Positions 31,836 through 42,198 of a stretch of 64,000 bases of DNA are shown here, one piece after another. Source of the stretch: Alphaproteobacteria bacterium (lineage in GTDB: Bacteria > Pseudomonadota > Alphaproteobacteria > Rs-D84 > JAERRO01); assembly GCA_016735395.1 (NCBI GenBank), contig JAERRO010000001.1, forward strand, positions 2,428 to 66,427. The letters are read 5' to 3'. Every line of letters begins with the position of its first letter. Positions within the stretch are counted from its first letter, which is position 1. The notes beneath the pieces were generated by a model. The model was not told the origin of the DNA. It saw nothing but the letters and a program-made list of their open reading frames with translations, and did no database searches. A program made the position numbers and the translations under genes.

Positions 31836-33290
31836 TTAGATAGTAATTTTTTGTACCTTTTGTCCACTAGAAGTGTCTGTTATCTTATAACCTAATAGAG
31901 ATAATCTGTTTCTTATAACATCAGCTTCTTTATAATCGCCGTTTTCCTTTGCTACTTTTCTGGAATCTATTAACTTCAATACATCTATCGGAATAGAAGA
32001 CAAATTTAGATCGTTATCGTCTATAATTTTAAAGAGATCTAACTGAAATATTTCTTCTATCCGCGATACAATTATAGATGCAGTTTTCTTGCTATATCTG
32101 TCTAGATTTTTAGATAGCTCTATTAAAAATGAAAGTCCCTTCGCAGTGTTGAGATCCGACAATATAGGTTCTAAAAATCTTTCTTTATATATATCCTCAT
32201 GATCGAGATCCAATTTCAGTTTAGATGGGTAAAATTCTAATTCTGTAGATATTTTGTGTCGCAACTTCTTGTATAATTTGTCAGCGACTTTTAATAGTTC
32301 TATAGAAAATTTCATTTGCTTTCTATAATGAGACTGTAGGGTCAATAGTCTAAACGATAACGGGTGTATCCCCAACTCATCTAAATCGCTAGGACGAATT
32401 ATGTCCCCGCTAGACTTGCTCATCTTTTTTTCTCCCATCATCATATGGGCATTGTGTACCCACATTTTTACTCCCCAATCGCCACCATAACAACCTATGT
32501 TCTGTGCCCGTTCATTCGTGTGATGAACCGCTATATGGTCTTCGCCACCCGTATGAATGCTTATGCCTTCTTTGCAATATTTATGCCCCATCGCAGAACA
32601 TTCTATATGCCAACCTGGAACCCCGTTACCCCACGGAGATGACCAACTCATACTACGATTACTAGTAATCCCTTCGTTAAATCTCCATAGACAAAAGTCG
32701 CTGGCAGTTTTCTTGTCCAACACAGAAACCCGTTTTCCGTCCATCTGTTCCTCTAGTTTTACACCGGATAAAGCCGTATAATCTTCTATCTTACTAGTGT
32801 CGAAATATACACCGCTGGATATAACATAAGTATAACCTTTTTTCTCCAATGTTTTTATCATAGATAACTGCTCCGCAATATTGTCCGTCGCTTTACACAT
32901 AATGTCAGGGCTAGCTATGTTTAATATATCTATGTCTTCTTTAAAGGCCTCAGTATACATCTCTGATACTTCTAATACAGTTCTATTTTCTCTGTTAGCT
33001 CCTACCTCTAATTTGTCTTCTCCGTCATCTCCATCGTCTGTCAAATGACCTACATCCGTTATATTCATTACATAATTTACCTTGTAATCTATTACCCTTA
33101 AAACTCTGACCAGAATGTCATTGAATAGATAGGCTCGCATATTTCCTAGATGTGCATAATGATATACCGTCGGACCACAACTGTAATAGTTGATTATGTC
33201 GCTTCCTCCCCCAAACGAAACTGTGCCTACAGATCGCTTTCTTCTAGTCAATGTATCATATAATAATAAATCTAAATTTGTATTTCTCAT
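31836..33290 (-). CDS. cysS: Cysteine--tRNA ligase
   Basis: CGPTVY..HLGN, PGWHIECSAM, HTGGED, KMSKS. Confidence 0.97.
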   Translation of the reverse strand: MRNTNLDLLLYDTLTRRKRSVGTVSFGGGSDIINYYSCGPTVYHYAHLGNMRAYLFNDILVRVLRVIDYKVNYVMNITDVGHLTDDGDDGEDKLEVGANRENRTVLEVSEMYTEAFKEDIDILNIASPDIMCKATDNIAEQLSMIKTLEKKGYTYVISSGVYFDTSKIEDYTALSGVKLEEQMDGKRVSVLDKKTASDFCLWRFNEGITSNRSMSWSSPWGNGVPGWHIECSAMGHKYCKEGISIHTGGEDHIAVHHTNERAQNIGCYGGDWGVKMWVHNAHMMMGEKKMSKSSGDIIRPSDLDELGIHPLSFRLLTLQSHYRKQMKFSIELLKVADKLYKKLRHKISTELEFYPSKLKLDLDHEDIYKERFLEPILSDLNTAKGLSFLIELSKNLDRYSKKTASIIVSRIEEIFQLDLFKIIDDNDLNLSSIPIDVLKLIDSRKVAKENGDYKEADVIRNRLSLLGYKITDTSSGQKVQKITI

Positions 33291-33400
33291 AGTTATATAG
33301 AATACATAGTCCTATAGAATTTGTCAATAAATTATCTAATCGGTTGACAAATTATATTTTATTGTATATAAATGTTATTATAAAACTAAAAGGAACTTTT

Positions 33401-33946
33401 ATGAATAAAGAATATATAAAAAATATAAATGACTGTGTGTCTATTCTAGTTAAATATAAAATATTATATAGGATGATAAACTATATGGAAGACAAAAATA
33501 TAGAACTAGATCTCGGTAATAATAGTTTCGATAAAGATAATAGAAATAATCTACGGAACTATAGTTATCAATTAACCTATAACAAGTTAGATCGCCTCAT
33601 CATACAGATAAACAAACATAGGTGTAGTATATATAATTATCTGTTCGCAGATATATCTTCAGCAACAAAAAAATGTATTAAGAATATAGCTGGTTCTAAA
33701 AGTATGGAGAAGAAGGATAGTTTTAAAAATTACACCGTAGAGGACTCTATTAGAAATTGCCTAGTAGATGGCTCTATATTGAAACTGATAAAAGACGAGA
33801 AAACTTTAAATTCTTTCATTGAAAAAATTGATATAGAACTGTCCGATATGATCGACAACACAGGGGCTGTTTTTTCAAAATACCTAGAAGAGGCTAGTTA
33901 TAATAACGATAACAATTTACAAGGGCTACTCCAAAAGTCCAGATAG
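33401..33946 (+). CDS. Hypothetical orphan protein
   Basis: ATG at 33401 after AAGGA; no recognisable motif. Confidence 0.55.
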   Translation: MNKEYIKNINDCVSILVKYKILYRMINYMEDKNIELDLGNNSFDKDNRNNLRNYSYQLTYNKLDRLIIQINKHRCSIYNYLFADISSATKKCIKNIAGSKSMEKKDSFKNYTVEDSIRNCLVDGSILKLIKDEKTLNSFIEKIDIELSDMIDNTGAVFSKYLEEASYNNDNNLQGLLQKSR

Positions 33947-34021
33947 ACAAGGCTTATATTATCTTTTGAAATAATAGACAGAGTCCTATTGACTATTGTA
34001 TCTACTTTCATATATAATTAT

Positions 34022-34042
34022 TGTAGAATAATCATTTCTACA
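34022..34042. promoter_or_regulatory. Inverted repeat TGTAGAA-N7-TTCTACA upstream of groES
   Basis: Lies between a TTGACT..TATAAT promoter and the RBS; similar element upstream of dnaK. Confidence 0.45.
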
Positions 34043-34076
34043 CAATTTATAATGTAGTATACAATAGGAGATATAG

Positions 34077-34358
34077 ATGTTTAAACCGTTATTTAATAAT
34101 ATTTTAGTTCAAAGAAACGATAAAGAAGAGACTACGACAGGCGGTATAATAATGCCAGACGATAATAAAGAGATCTCTACACTAGGGACAGTAGTCGCAG
34201 TCGGCGATGGTTCTATCAATGAAAAAGGGCAAACGATTCCTACTGTTTTAAAAGTAGATGACAAAATTATTTTTACCCAATATGCCGGGACAGAGATAGA
34301 AATAGAAGATAAAAAATACATCGTCCTCAAAGATTCCGATGTACTCGGTATACTTTAA
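34077..34358 (+). CDS. groES: Co-chaperonin GroES
   Basis: FKPL..ILV, TTGGIIMPD, VVAVGDG, YAGTEI. Confidence 0.96.
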   Translation: MFKPLFNNILVQRNDKEETTTGGIIMPDDNKEISTLGTVVAVGDGSINEKGQTIPTVLKVDDKIIFTQYAGTEIEIEDKKYIVLKDSDVLGIL

Positions 34359-34381
34359 TATAGATAAAAGGGAAAAATCTT

Positions 34382-36022
34382 ATGACAGTCAAAAATATAA
34401 CCTACTCTAGCGATGCTAGACAAAAACTTGCAGAAGGTTGTTCTGCTATCGTCGATGTAGTTAAGACTACTTTAGGTCCTAAAGGTAGATCCGTTGCTCT
34501 AGAAAGATCTTATGGCGGAGCTCATGTCACTAAAGACGGAGTAAGTGTAGCTAAAGAGATAGAACTAAAAGATCCCGTTCAAAATGTAGCTGTACAAATG
34601 ATTAAAGAAGTTGCTAATAAAACTGCAGATGTAGCTGGTGATGGAACTACGACGGCTACTGTTCTTGCAGGAAGTATGATTAGAACAGGTTTCAAATTCG
34701 TAGAAAGTGGTATGAATCCTATGGATCTAAAAAGGGGTATGGAACTTGCGACTAATGCTGTGTTAGAACATCTACAAAATGTATCTCAACCTATTACAGG
34801 GGAAGAAGAGATTAAGCAGATCGCTACTATTTCTGCTAATAATGATATCAACATAGGAACTAAAATAGCAGAGGCAATCCAGACTATAGGTAAAGATGGA
34901 GTAATTTCTGTAGAAGAGGCTAGGTCTTTAGAGACTACCGTAGAAACTGTCTCCGGTATGAAATTTGATAGAGGATATCTGTCTCCTTATTTTGTAACCA
35001 ACTCTGAAAAGATGAAGGTAGAATTTGATAATCCTTTGATACTTATTACCGATAATAAAATTTCACAGATAAAAACTTTATTACCTGTTCTAGAAGGAAT
35101 TATGAAGCAAGGACGATCCCTTTTAATTATCGCTGAAGATATAGATACCGATGCTCTCTCTACTTTAGTAGTCAATAGAATTCGCGGTGGACTGAAAATT
35201 TGTGCCGTCAAAGCCCCTGCTTTTGGAGATAATAGACGAGATATTCTTCAAGATATCGCTATTCTCACAGGCGGAACCGTCATTTCTAATGAGGTAGGGC
35301 TAACACTAGATAAAGTCGAAGACGGTCATCTAGGTAATGCAAAAAAAATTATCGTAGATAAAGATAATACACTAATAGTAGATGCTAACGGAGACGATAG
35401 TGCTGTCAAACACAGAGCCGACGAGATCAAAAATCATATGCTTAACACTTCTTCCGCCTATGACAAAGAAAAACTCAACGAAAGAGTAGCTTCTCTTATC
35501 GGTGGAGCGGCCGTCATTAAAGTCGGAGGTTTCACAGAAGTCGAGATTAAAGAGATTAAAGATAGAGTAGACGATGCCGTTGCAGCTACTAGGTCTGCTA
35601 TCGAGGAAGGAATAGTCTCCGGAGGAGGAACCGCCTTGGTTAGATCTATTAAAGTGGTGAGTAAACTTTCTTCTGATAATCCCGATATTTTAGCAGGTAT
35701 CAAAATTATCGAGACTGCACTCAAGGAACCCTTAATTCAGATTGTAGCTAATTCTGGGGCAAATGGAGAATTTGTAGTACAAAAACTTCTTTCCGACAAC
35801 ATCGAAGATTCTCAAGGATATAATGCACAATCGGCAGAATATACAGATATGATTAAAGCTGGAATTATAGATCCTACTAAAGTAGTTAGAACGGCCCTTC
35901 AAAATGCTAATAGTGTAGCGGGAATAATGATAACTATGGAAGCAGTCGTCGTCGACGATCCAGACGAAAAAGGAGAAACCTCCGCTATGACACCTCCTAT
36001 GGGCGGTGGTATGGGCTTTTAA
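34382..36022 (+). CDS. groEL: Chaperonin GroEL
   Basis: TLGPKGR, AGDGTTTATVL, GMKFDRGY, GGM tail. Confidence 0.98.
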   Translation: MTVKNITYSSDARQKLAEGCSAIVDVVKTTLGPKGRSVALERSYGGAHVTKDGVSVAKEIELKDPVQNVAVQMIKEVANKTADVAGDGTTTATVLAGSMIRTGFKFVESGMNPMDLKRGMELATNAVLEHLQNVSQPITGEEEIKQIATISANNDINIGTKIAEAIQTIGKDGVISVEEARSLETTVETVSGMKFDRGYLSPYFVTNSEKMKVEFDNPLILITDNKISQIKTLLPVLEGIMKQGRSLLIIAEDIDTDALSTLVVNRIRGGLKICAVKAPAFGDNRRDILQDIAILTGGTVISNEVGLTLDKVEDGHLGNAKKIIVDKDNTLIVDANGDDSAVKHRADEIKNHMLNTSSAYDKEKLNERVASLIGGAAVIKVGGFTEVEIKEIKDRVDDAVAATRSAIEEGIVSGGGTALVRSIKVVSKLSSDNPDILAGIKIIETALKEPLIQIVANSGANGEFVVQKLLSDNIEDSQGYNAQSAEYTDMIKAGIIDPTKVVRTALQNANSVAGIMITMEAVVVDDPDEKGETSAMTPPMGGGMGF

Positions 36023-36079
36023 TTTAAAAGAAAGTAAATAACTATTTGAAAAGTAAACAACTATCGGTTATATATTTAT

Positions 36080-37429
36080 ATGATAAAATTAGATTGGAAA
36101 AACTGCGATTTTTTAAAGCCATATTTAAACGGGATTATAGAACTATTCGAGACTTTTGACAGTGTAGATAAAGAGTTGTTTTTCGTAGGTGGTTTCGTAA
36201 GAGATCTATATAAAAGCTCCTTAATAACTAGTAGTTCTAAAGGGAAATTTAATAAGATCGTAGATCTAGATTTTTCTACGGAAATAAATCACGATGCAGT
36301 GGGAAAAATTTTAAAAACAAAATTCGAAATAAAAACTGTAGGAAAAGGTGAACAGCACGGAACTTGGGGAGTGTTAATTCCAGACGATAGATCTGATAGT
36401 AATTTGTGGGTCGAGATAACTTCATTTAGAAAGGACACTATCACTAACGGCCGTCACTCAAATACAGAACATACTAATTCTATTCATGAAGATGCCAGTC
36501 GGAGAGATTTTACTATGAATGCTCTATATATGAGACAAAATGGAGAAGTCATAGATCCTCTGAAAACGGGAATAGACGATTTGAGTAAAGGTGTAATTAA
36601 GTTTATCGGTTCGCCTCTAGAACGGCTTGAAGAGGACGGCTTGAGACTGCTACGGTTCTTCAGATTCGTCGCAACACACGACTGTAAAATAGGGCAAGAG
36701 GCATATAATTCTCTAGAAAATTTACCGCAAAATTTGTTAGACGATCTAGATACACAAATACACAGCGATAAAGTTAAAAAAGTTATTTCTAACGAGAGAA
36801 TAACTATAGAATGTAATAAACTTTTTAATGCTAATAATATAATCTCTATCGTTCACTCGCTTCGACTCATGAATAAATTTTTAATACTAGAAACACTTTT
36901 TAGTGCTAACTTTAACGATACATTTTTTGATCGATTTCAATCGGCTATGGTGAATGTTAAAAATATATTTGATATTAACGAAGACAATTTCTCTTCTTTT
37001 ATACTTTGCATATACTTTCTACATCCAGATAATTTGACACTACAAACTCTAAAAGTAAATCCTCTGATAAGCAAAAGGATACTAGAACTTTTAAAGCAAT
37101 CTGCGATAATCTTACGAATAGGAGAACAACTAAAAGATAAGAAAAGTCTCGCGATAGACGATATATCGGTGTTAAGACATATGTTGAAGGACGACTTCGA
37201 ATACTTGATAATCGTTTATCTATCTATAAATGATGTGCCTCTGACTGATATTAAAAAAACTTTAAAACTGAAATATAAGGTTTTCCCTATATCTGCAAGA
37301 GACATAATAGACACAGGACGAACAGGGGGAGATATCTCAATAGCAATAAAACGACTGGAAAAGTTGTGGCTAGAAGATACCGATTTATCAAGACAGTCTC
37401 TATTAAAAATATTAAAAGAAGATGCATAA
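36080..37429 (+). CDS. cca: CCA tRNA nucleotidyltransferase / poly(A) polymerase family
   Basis: VGGFVRD, DLDF, EITSFR, RRDFTMNA, EDGLRLLRFFRF. Confidence 0.88.
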   Translation: MIKLDWKNCDFLKPYLNGIIELFETFDSVDKELFFVGGFVRDLYKSSLITSSSKGKFNKIVDLDFSTEINHDAVGKILKTKFEIKTVGKGEQHGTWGVLIPDDRSDSNLWVEITSFRKDTITNGRHSNTEHTNSIHEDASRRDFTMNALYMRQNGEVIDPLKTGIDDLSKGVIKFIGSPLERLEEDGLRLLRFFRFVATHDCKIGQEAYNSLENLPQNLLDDLDTQIHSDKVKKVISNERITIECNKLFNANNIISIVHSLRLMNKFLILETLFSANFNDTFFDRFQSAMVNVKNIFDINEDNFSSFILCIYFLHPDNLTLQTLKVNPLISKRILELLKQSAIILRIGEQLKDKKSLAIDDISVLRHMLKDDFEYLIIVYLSINDVPLTDIKKTLKLKYKVFPISARDIIDTGRTGGDISIAIKRLEKLWLEDTDLSRQSLLKILKEDA

Positions 37430-37493
37430 ATTTCTAATAGTATGTATCTCATATAGGCTATTGTAATGCTGAAAATCTGTGATAAGATAAATT

Positions 37494-38411
37494 ATGAAAA
37501 CTAAAGCCGGAATCATAACTTTACTAGGTCCTACTAATGCAGGTAAGTCAACTCTTATAAATAAACTCATAGGAGAAAAGATCTCTATCGTGTCTCATAA
37601 AGTGCAGACTTCTAGATTTCTGATTAGGGCTATACTTAATAAGAAGACAAAAGAGTTTAACTCTCAAATGGTTTTTGTCGATACACCAGGGATATTCTCT
37701 CCGTCAAGTAAATTAGATCAATCGATGGTATCTACAGCTTGGGGAGCAATACAAGAATCTAACATAGTCTTACTAGTAGTCGATGTAAATAAAGGTATCA
37801 CGGATACTATAAAATTGCTGACGAGAAATTTAAACTCGCAAAAAATTGAAGTTCCAATATTCTTGGCTTTAAATAAAGTAGATCGTGTGAAAAAAGATAA
37901 ACTTATTTCTATAGTTCAAGAATTTATGGATCTTTATAAGTTCGACGAAGTCTTTATGATATCTGCTCTTAAAGGGACAAATATAGAGAAGACAGTCAAC
38001 ACCATCGTAGATAATCTACCGGAACAAGATTTTATTTCTACTCAAGAAGATGCCTTTAAAACCCCTCTAAAATTTTACTGTGCCGAAATTACTAGAGAGA
38101 AAGTTTACAAATTCTTCCATCAAGAATTGCCATACTCTACTTCCGTAGTTACAGATCTAATTGAAGATAGCGAAGACAAAAAGAGGTTGATCATTCATCA
38201 GACTATTTTTGTAGAAAAAAATTCTCAAAAAAGAATTATCGTCGGAAAAGCTGGCTCCGGTATCAAAAAAATCGGTATAGACTCAAGACTAGAATTACAA
38301 TCTATTCTTAACAAAAAAATTCAACTGCTATTATTCGTAAAAGTAGATCCAAAATGGGTAGACAAAAATCAGAGTTTAGTCTCTTGGGATAAAAGTTCTT
38401 TCGAGTTTTAG
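37494..38411 (+). CDS. era: GTPase Era
   Basis: GPTNAGKST, DTPG, NKVD, QELPY, KH domain IIVGKAG. Confidence 0.96.
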   Translation: MKTKAGIITLLGPTNAGKSTLINKLIGEKISIVSHKVQTSRFLIRAILNKKTKEFNSQMVFVDTPGIFSPSSKLDQSMVSTAWGAIQESNIVLLVVDVNKGITDTIKLLTRNLNSQKIEVPIFLALNKVDRVKKDKLISIVQEFMDLYKFDEVFMISALKGTNIEKTVNTIVDNLPEQDFISTQEDAFKTPLKFYCAEITREKVYKFFHQELPYSTSVVTDLIEDSEDKKRLIIHQTIFVEKNSQKRIIVGKAGSGIKKIGIDSRLELQSILNKKIQLLLFVKVDPKWVDKNQSLVSWDKSSFEF

Positions 38412-38496
38412 CCGAGAATATTTCTGATCTCATAAAATAAATTTAACTTTTTGCTTTACTTTTTACTAAACTTACTTACATCATAACTATCGAAAC

Positions 38497-38516
38497 TGTA
38501 AAATTAATTTTTTACA
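38497..38516. promoter_or_regulatory. Inverted repeat TGTAAAA-N6-TTTTACA upstream of dnaK
   Basis: Resembles the groES element; about 30 nt before the ATG. Confidence 0.4.
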
Positions 38517-38544
38517 CTTATTATAAATGCTAAAGGAGTTTTAT

Positions 38545-40455
38545 ATGGCAATTATTGGAATAGATCTAGGGACTACAAATTCTTGTATTTCTTTTATGGA
38601 CGGCAAAGAGCCTAAAATTATAGAGAATGCTGAAGGTCAAAGAACAACACCTTCTGTTGTCGCTATCACAGAGAAGGGCGAAAGATTAGTAGGATCTTCG
38701 GCTAAAAATCAAGCTGTAACTAACCCTGAAAAAACTATATCTGAAGTCAAAAGACTAATAGGTAGAAATTTTAATGATGCACAAACTAAAAAAGCAATCG
38801 AGACAGTTTCTTATCATATTAAAAAAGCCAAAAATGGTGATGCCTGGGTAGATATCAACGGTGAATTAAAGTCGCCGGCAGAAATATCTTCTATGATACT
38901 TGTTAAACTTAAAAAAGATGCTGAAGCATTTCTAGGTGAACCTGTTAAAGAAGCCGTAATTACTGTTCCTGCATATTTTAATGATGCTCAAAGACAGGCA
39001 ACTAAAGATGCTGGAAAAATTGCTGGATTAGATGTTTTACGAATAATAAACGAGCCTACAGCGGCAGCTCTTGCTCACGGACTAGATAAAAAGAAAGACG
39101 GGACTATAGTAGTTTATGATCTAGGTGGTGGAACTTTTGATGTTTCTATTCTAGAAATTAGCGACGGAGTTTTCGAGGTAAAATCTACTAACGGAGATAC
39201 ATTTTTAGGTGGAGCCGATTTTGATCAGGTCCTATTAAATCATATCGCAGACGAATTTAAAAAGACTAACTCTTTAGATCTTCGAACAGATAAATTAGCT
39301 CTACAGAGACTTAAAGAAGCGGCAGAGAAAGCAAAGATAGAACTCTCTTCTACAGAGACGACTGAAATAAATTTACCGTTTATTACGGCCGATGCTTCTG
39401 GTCCTAAACATTTGACTATGAATTTGACGAGAGCAAAGTTAGAATCTTTAGTAGATCCACTAATTCAAAGAACTCTTACACCTTGTAAAAAGGCTTTAGA
39501 CGATGCTGGTATTAAATTGAGCGAGATCAATGAAGTACTACTAGTAGGCGGAATGAGTAGAATGCCAAAAGTTCAACAGGTCGTTAAAGATTTCTTTAAA
39601 AAAGAACCGTTCAAAGGACTTAATCCAGACGAAGTTGTAGCTTCGGGAGCTGCTATTCAGGCAGGAGTTCTTAAAGGAGATGTCACAGATGTTTTACTTC
39701 TAGATGTCACTTCTTTATCGCTCGGTATAGAAACTATGGGCGGAGTTTTAACTAATTTGATAGAGAGAAATACCACTATCCCTACAAAAAAATCTCAAGT
39801 ATTTTCTACGGCAGAAAATAATCAATCTGCAGTGACTATTAGAGTTTTTCAAGGTGAAAGACCTATGGCTATAGACAATAAACTTTTAGGTCAATTCAAC
39901 CTCGAAGGTATATTGCCTGCTCCTAGAGGTATCCCTCAAATCGAAGTCACATTCGACATAGATGCCAACGGCATAGTTCATGTCTCTGCGACGGACAAGG
40001 GGACAGGGAAAGAACAGAGTATAAGTATCCAATCTGATGGCGGACTCTCCGACGAAGAAATCAAACAGATGGTTAAAGATGCCGAAGTAAATGCAGATGC
40101 AGATAACGAGAAAAAAGAGAAGATAGCCGTTCTAAATCAAGCCGACTCTACTATTCATCAATCTGAAGAACTTATAAAAGAGCATACAGATAAACTTTCT
40201 GACGAAGATAAATCTAGTATAGAAGGTGCCGTCGAAGAACTAAAAAAAGTTAAAGACGATGATAAATCTTCGGTCGACGACATTAAGTCTAAAGTAGATG
40301 CTTTAACGGAACTTAATATGAAAGTAGGACAAGCTATTTATGCTGAAAAGCAAAAAGAACAAGCAGATAAACCTGCAGATACTACGAGTGCAGACGAAGT
40401 TAAAGATGCAGAAGTCACAGAAGACGACTCTGCTAAAGAAGAAGAGAAGAAATAA
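38545..40455 (+). CDS. dnaK: Chaperone DnaK
   Basis: [32 protein letters not shown] at 38545 after AAGGAG. Confidence 0.98.
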   Translation: MAIIGIDLGTTNSCISFMDGKEPKIIENAEGQRTTPSVVAITEKGERLVGSSAKNQAVTNPEKTISEVKRLIGRNFNDAQTKKAIETVSYHIKKAKNGDAWVDINGELKSPAEISSMILVKLKKDAEAFLGEPVKEAVITVPAYFNDAQRQATKDAGKIAGLDVLRIINEPTAAALAHGLDKKKDGTIVVYDLGGGTFDVSILEISDGVFEVKSTNGDTFLGGADFDQVLLNHIADEFKKTNSLDLRTDKLALQRLKEAAEKAKIELSSTETTEINLPFITADASGPKHLTMNLTRAKLESLVDPLIQRTLTPCKKALDDAGIKLSEINEVLLVGGMSRMPKVQQVVKDFFKKEPFKGLNPDEVVASGAAIQAGVLKGDVTDVLLLDVTSLSLGIETMGGVLTNLIERNTTIPTKKSQVFSTAENNQSAVTIRVFQGERPMAIDNKLLGQFNLEGILPAPRGIPQIEVTFDIDANGIVHVSATDKGTGKEQSISIQSDGGLSDEEIKQMVKDAEVNADADNEKKEKIAVLNQADSTIHQSEELIKEHTDKLSDEDKSSIEGAVEELKKVKDDDKSSVDDIKSKVDALTELNMKVGQAIYAEKQKEQADKPADTTSADEVKDAEVTEDDSAKEEEKK

Positions 40456-40474
40456 TCTAACCTTTTTCCTTCAT

Positions 40475-40504
40475 AAAAAAACTCCACCAAGGTGGAGTTT
40501 TTTT
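40475..40504. terminator. Bidirectional intrinsic terminator
   Basis: AAAAAAACTCCACC-AA-GGTGGAGTTTTTTT between convergent genes. Confidence 0.9.
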
Positions 40505-40521
40505 CGTTCAGACTATTTTGT

Positions 40522-42105
40522 CTAGACGATTTTAACTATACATTTTAACATAATATAAAATATACCGTCATTACTTGCCAAAAAATTTGTCCTGTCTTTT
40601 TGTCCCTTCAGACTTTGATAATATAAATCTCCAGCGACGATATATTCTCTTACTTGATCTTGATCTTGTCCACGGGTCAAAATTTTATCTGCAAAGTACT
40701 TTATATCGTCAGGACCCAGATAAGTAGAGACTTTGTCTTTTAGACCTGTTATATCTCGTATTCGATACAGTCTCATAATATCGATTAAAGATACTAAAAA
40801 TGCTTCTCTATGTCTCTCCAATTTATCTTTAAAAGGCGGTGTCAAATCTAGTAGAGTTTTCTTGACTCTAAGTTTATTTTCCTCTTTCTTCCTCTCGACC
40901 TTCGGAGTTAAATCTATTTTAGCTCCTCTCATATCTAAATTAGAGTTAGCCATACTTCTGTTTTTTTCGTGTCTAGATATATATCTTGACATGTTATTTA
41001 GTAGAGGGGTTAGGGTATTGTTTAGATCTTTACCGCTCATTTTTATCTTATATATTAGTGTCTCAAATAATTTACCTTTGTCGTTTATATCGTTCGTTAG
41101 ACTAGCCAATAATTCGCTCAAACTGTTGCCCTTCTTTATAATTTTGTCTTCACTATAGTTAAGTAGTCCTTTAAGATTACTTTCTAGAGTTGAAAATTTG
41201 TCTCCCGCAGTATTAAGGCTCGTAGTCAAACCTGTTGAAGTTTCAAGGATTTTAGAACAAGAATTGTCTAGGCTCCCTATTATAAAGTTGATACTACTTT
41301 CTATAGTATTACTTTTGTTTTTTAAATCGAAAACTGTGCTTTGTAAATTTTCCTTCATATTATTACCGACCGTTACCAATATGTCTCCGCCCTCTTTAAT
41401 TTGCCTATTGTAATCTTCTAAAAACTTTGACCTATCTGTCTCCGTTTTACTTATTAAAGATACATTTTTTTCTATCGTAGTATGCATCTCCTTTAAACCG
41501 TTTATATTACTATCAAGCTGTTTTGTTTGTACCAAATAATTTTCTTGAGACTGTACTGTCCAGACTTTTATATCTCTAGTATATTCTTCTAGCCTTTTAT
41601 GATGTTGAGATAGATAATTCAGTTGATCTTTAGAAATCTCGGCTAAATGTTTCATATTATCGTTAGAACTTTCGAATGATTTTAATATGTCTTGTACAGT
41701 CGAAGAAGTCAAAAGACGGTTATGACGATCTATTTTCTTATAGACTGTCCCTGTTTGACTACTAATAGACTTCTCGATTTGATTTATTCTCTCTATAACT
41801 TTGTTTGCATAATTATTTAGATTTCCTATTATCTGTTTTTCTATGTTCGTGTTTTGTTCTCCTATAGATAACAGATCCCAGCCAGATACTACTCGAAGGA
41901 GCTTATATGTTTTACCAAAATATCTGTCCCACATACGAGTCAACATCAAAATGACTATTAACATTATCCCCACAACCTCAAATATAGTAAAAATACCAGC
42001 AGTGTAGTATGTCGACAATTTGAAAAGTATAATTATACCTATAATAATACAAAATCCTATGCCGATCACAAATGGACGAACATAGTTCTGATAATAATTA
42101 GACAT
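40522..42105 (-). CDS. 2-TM coiled-coil protein, possibly TipN/GPR-like polar organiser
   Basis: Two N-terminal TMs, long apolipoprotein-like helical region, C-terminal VREYI..FLASNDGIFYIML. Confidence 0.5.
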   Translation of the reverse strand: MSNYYQNYVRPFVIGIGFCIIIGIIILFKLSTYYTAGIFTIFEVVGIMLIVILMLTRMWDRYFGKTYKLLRVVSGWDLLSIGEQNTNIEKQIIGNLNNYANKVIERINQIEKSISSQTGTVYKKIDRHNRLLTSSTVQDILKSFESSNDNMKHLAEISKDQLNYLSQHHKRLEEYTRDIKVWTVQSQENYLVQTKQLDSNINGLKEMHTTIEKNVSLISKTETDRSKFLEDYNRQIKEGGDILVTVGNNMKENLQSTVFDLKNKSNTIESSINFIIGSLDNSCSKILETSTGLTTSLNTAGDKFSTLESNLKGLLNYSEDKIIKKGNSLSELLASLTNDINDKGKLFETLIYKIKMSGKDLNNTLTPLLNNMSRYISRHEKNRSMANSNLDMRGAKIDLTPKVERKKEENKLRVKKTLLDLTPPFKDKLERHREAFLVSLIDIMRLYRIRDITGLKDKVSTYLGPDDIKYFADKILTRGQDQDQVREYIVAGDLYYQSLKGQKDRTNFLASNDGIFYIMLKCIVKIV

Positions 42106-42198
42106 ATTTTTCTCCTGTATAATATAGTATAACAGATTTTGCTAAAAAGCCAAAAGACCTATTGTAAAAACTTATTTTTAAATTATTATCATAATAAT

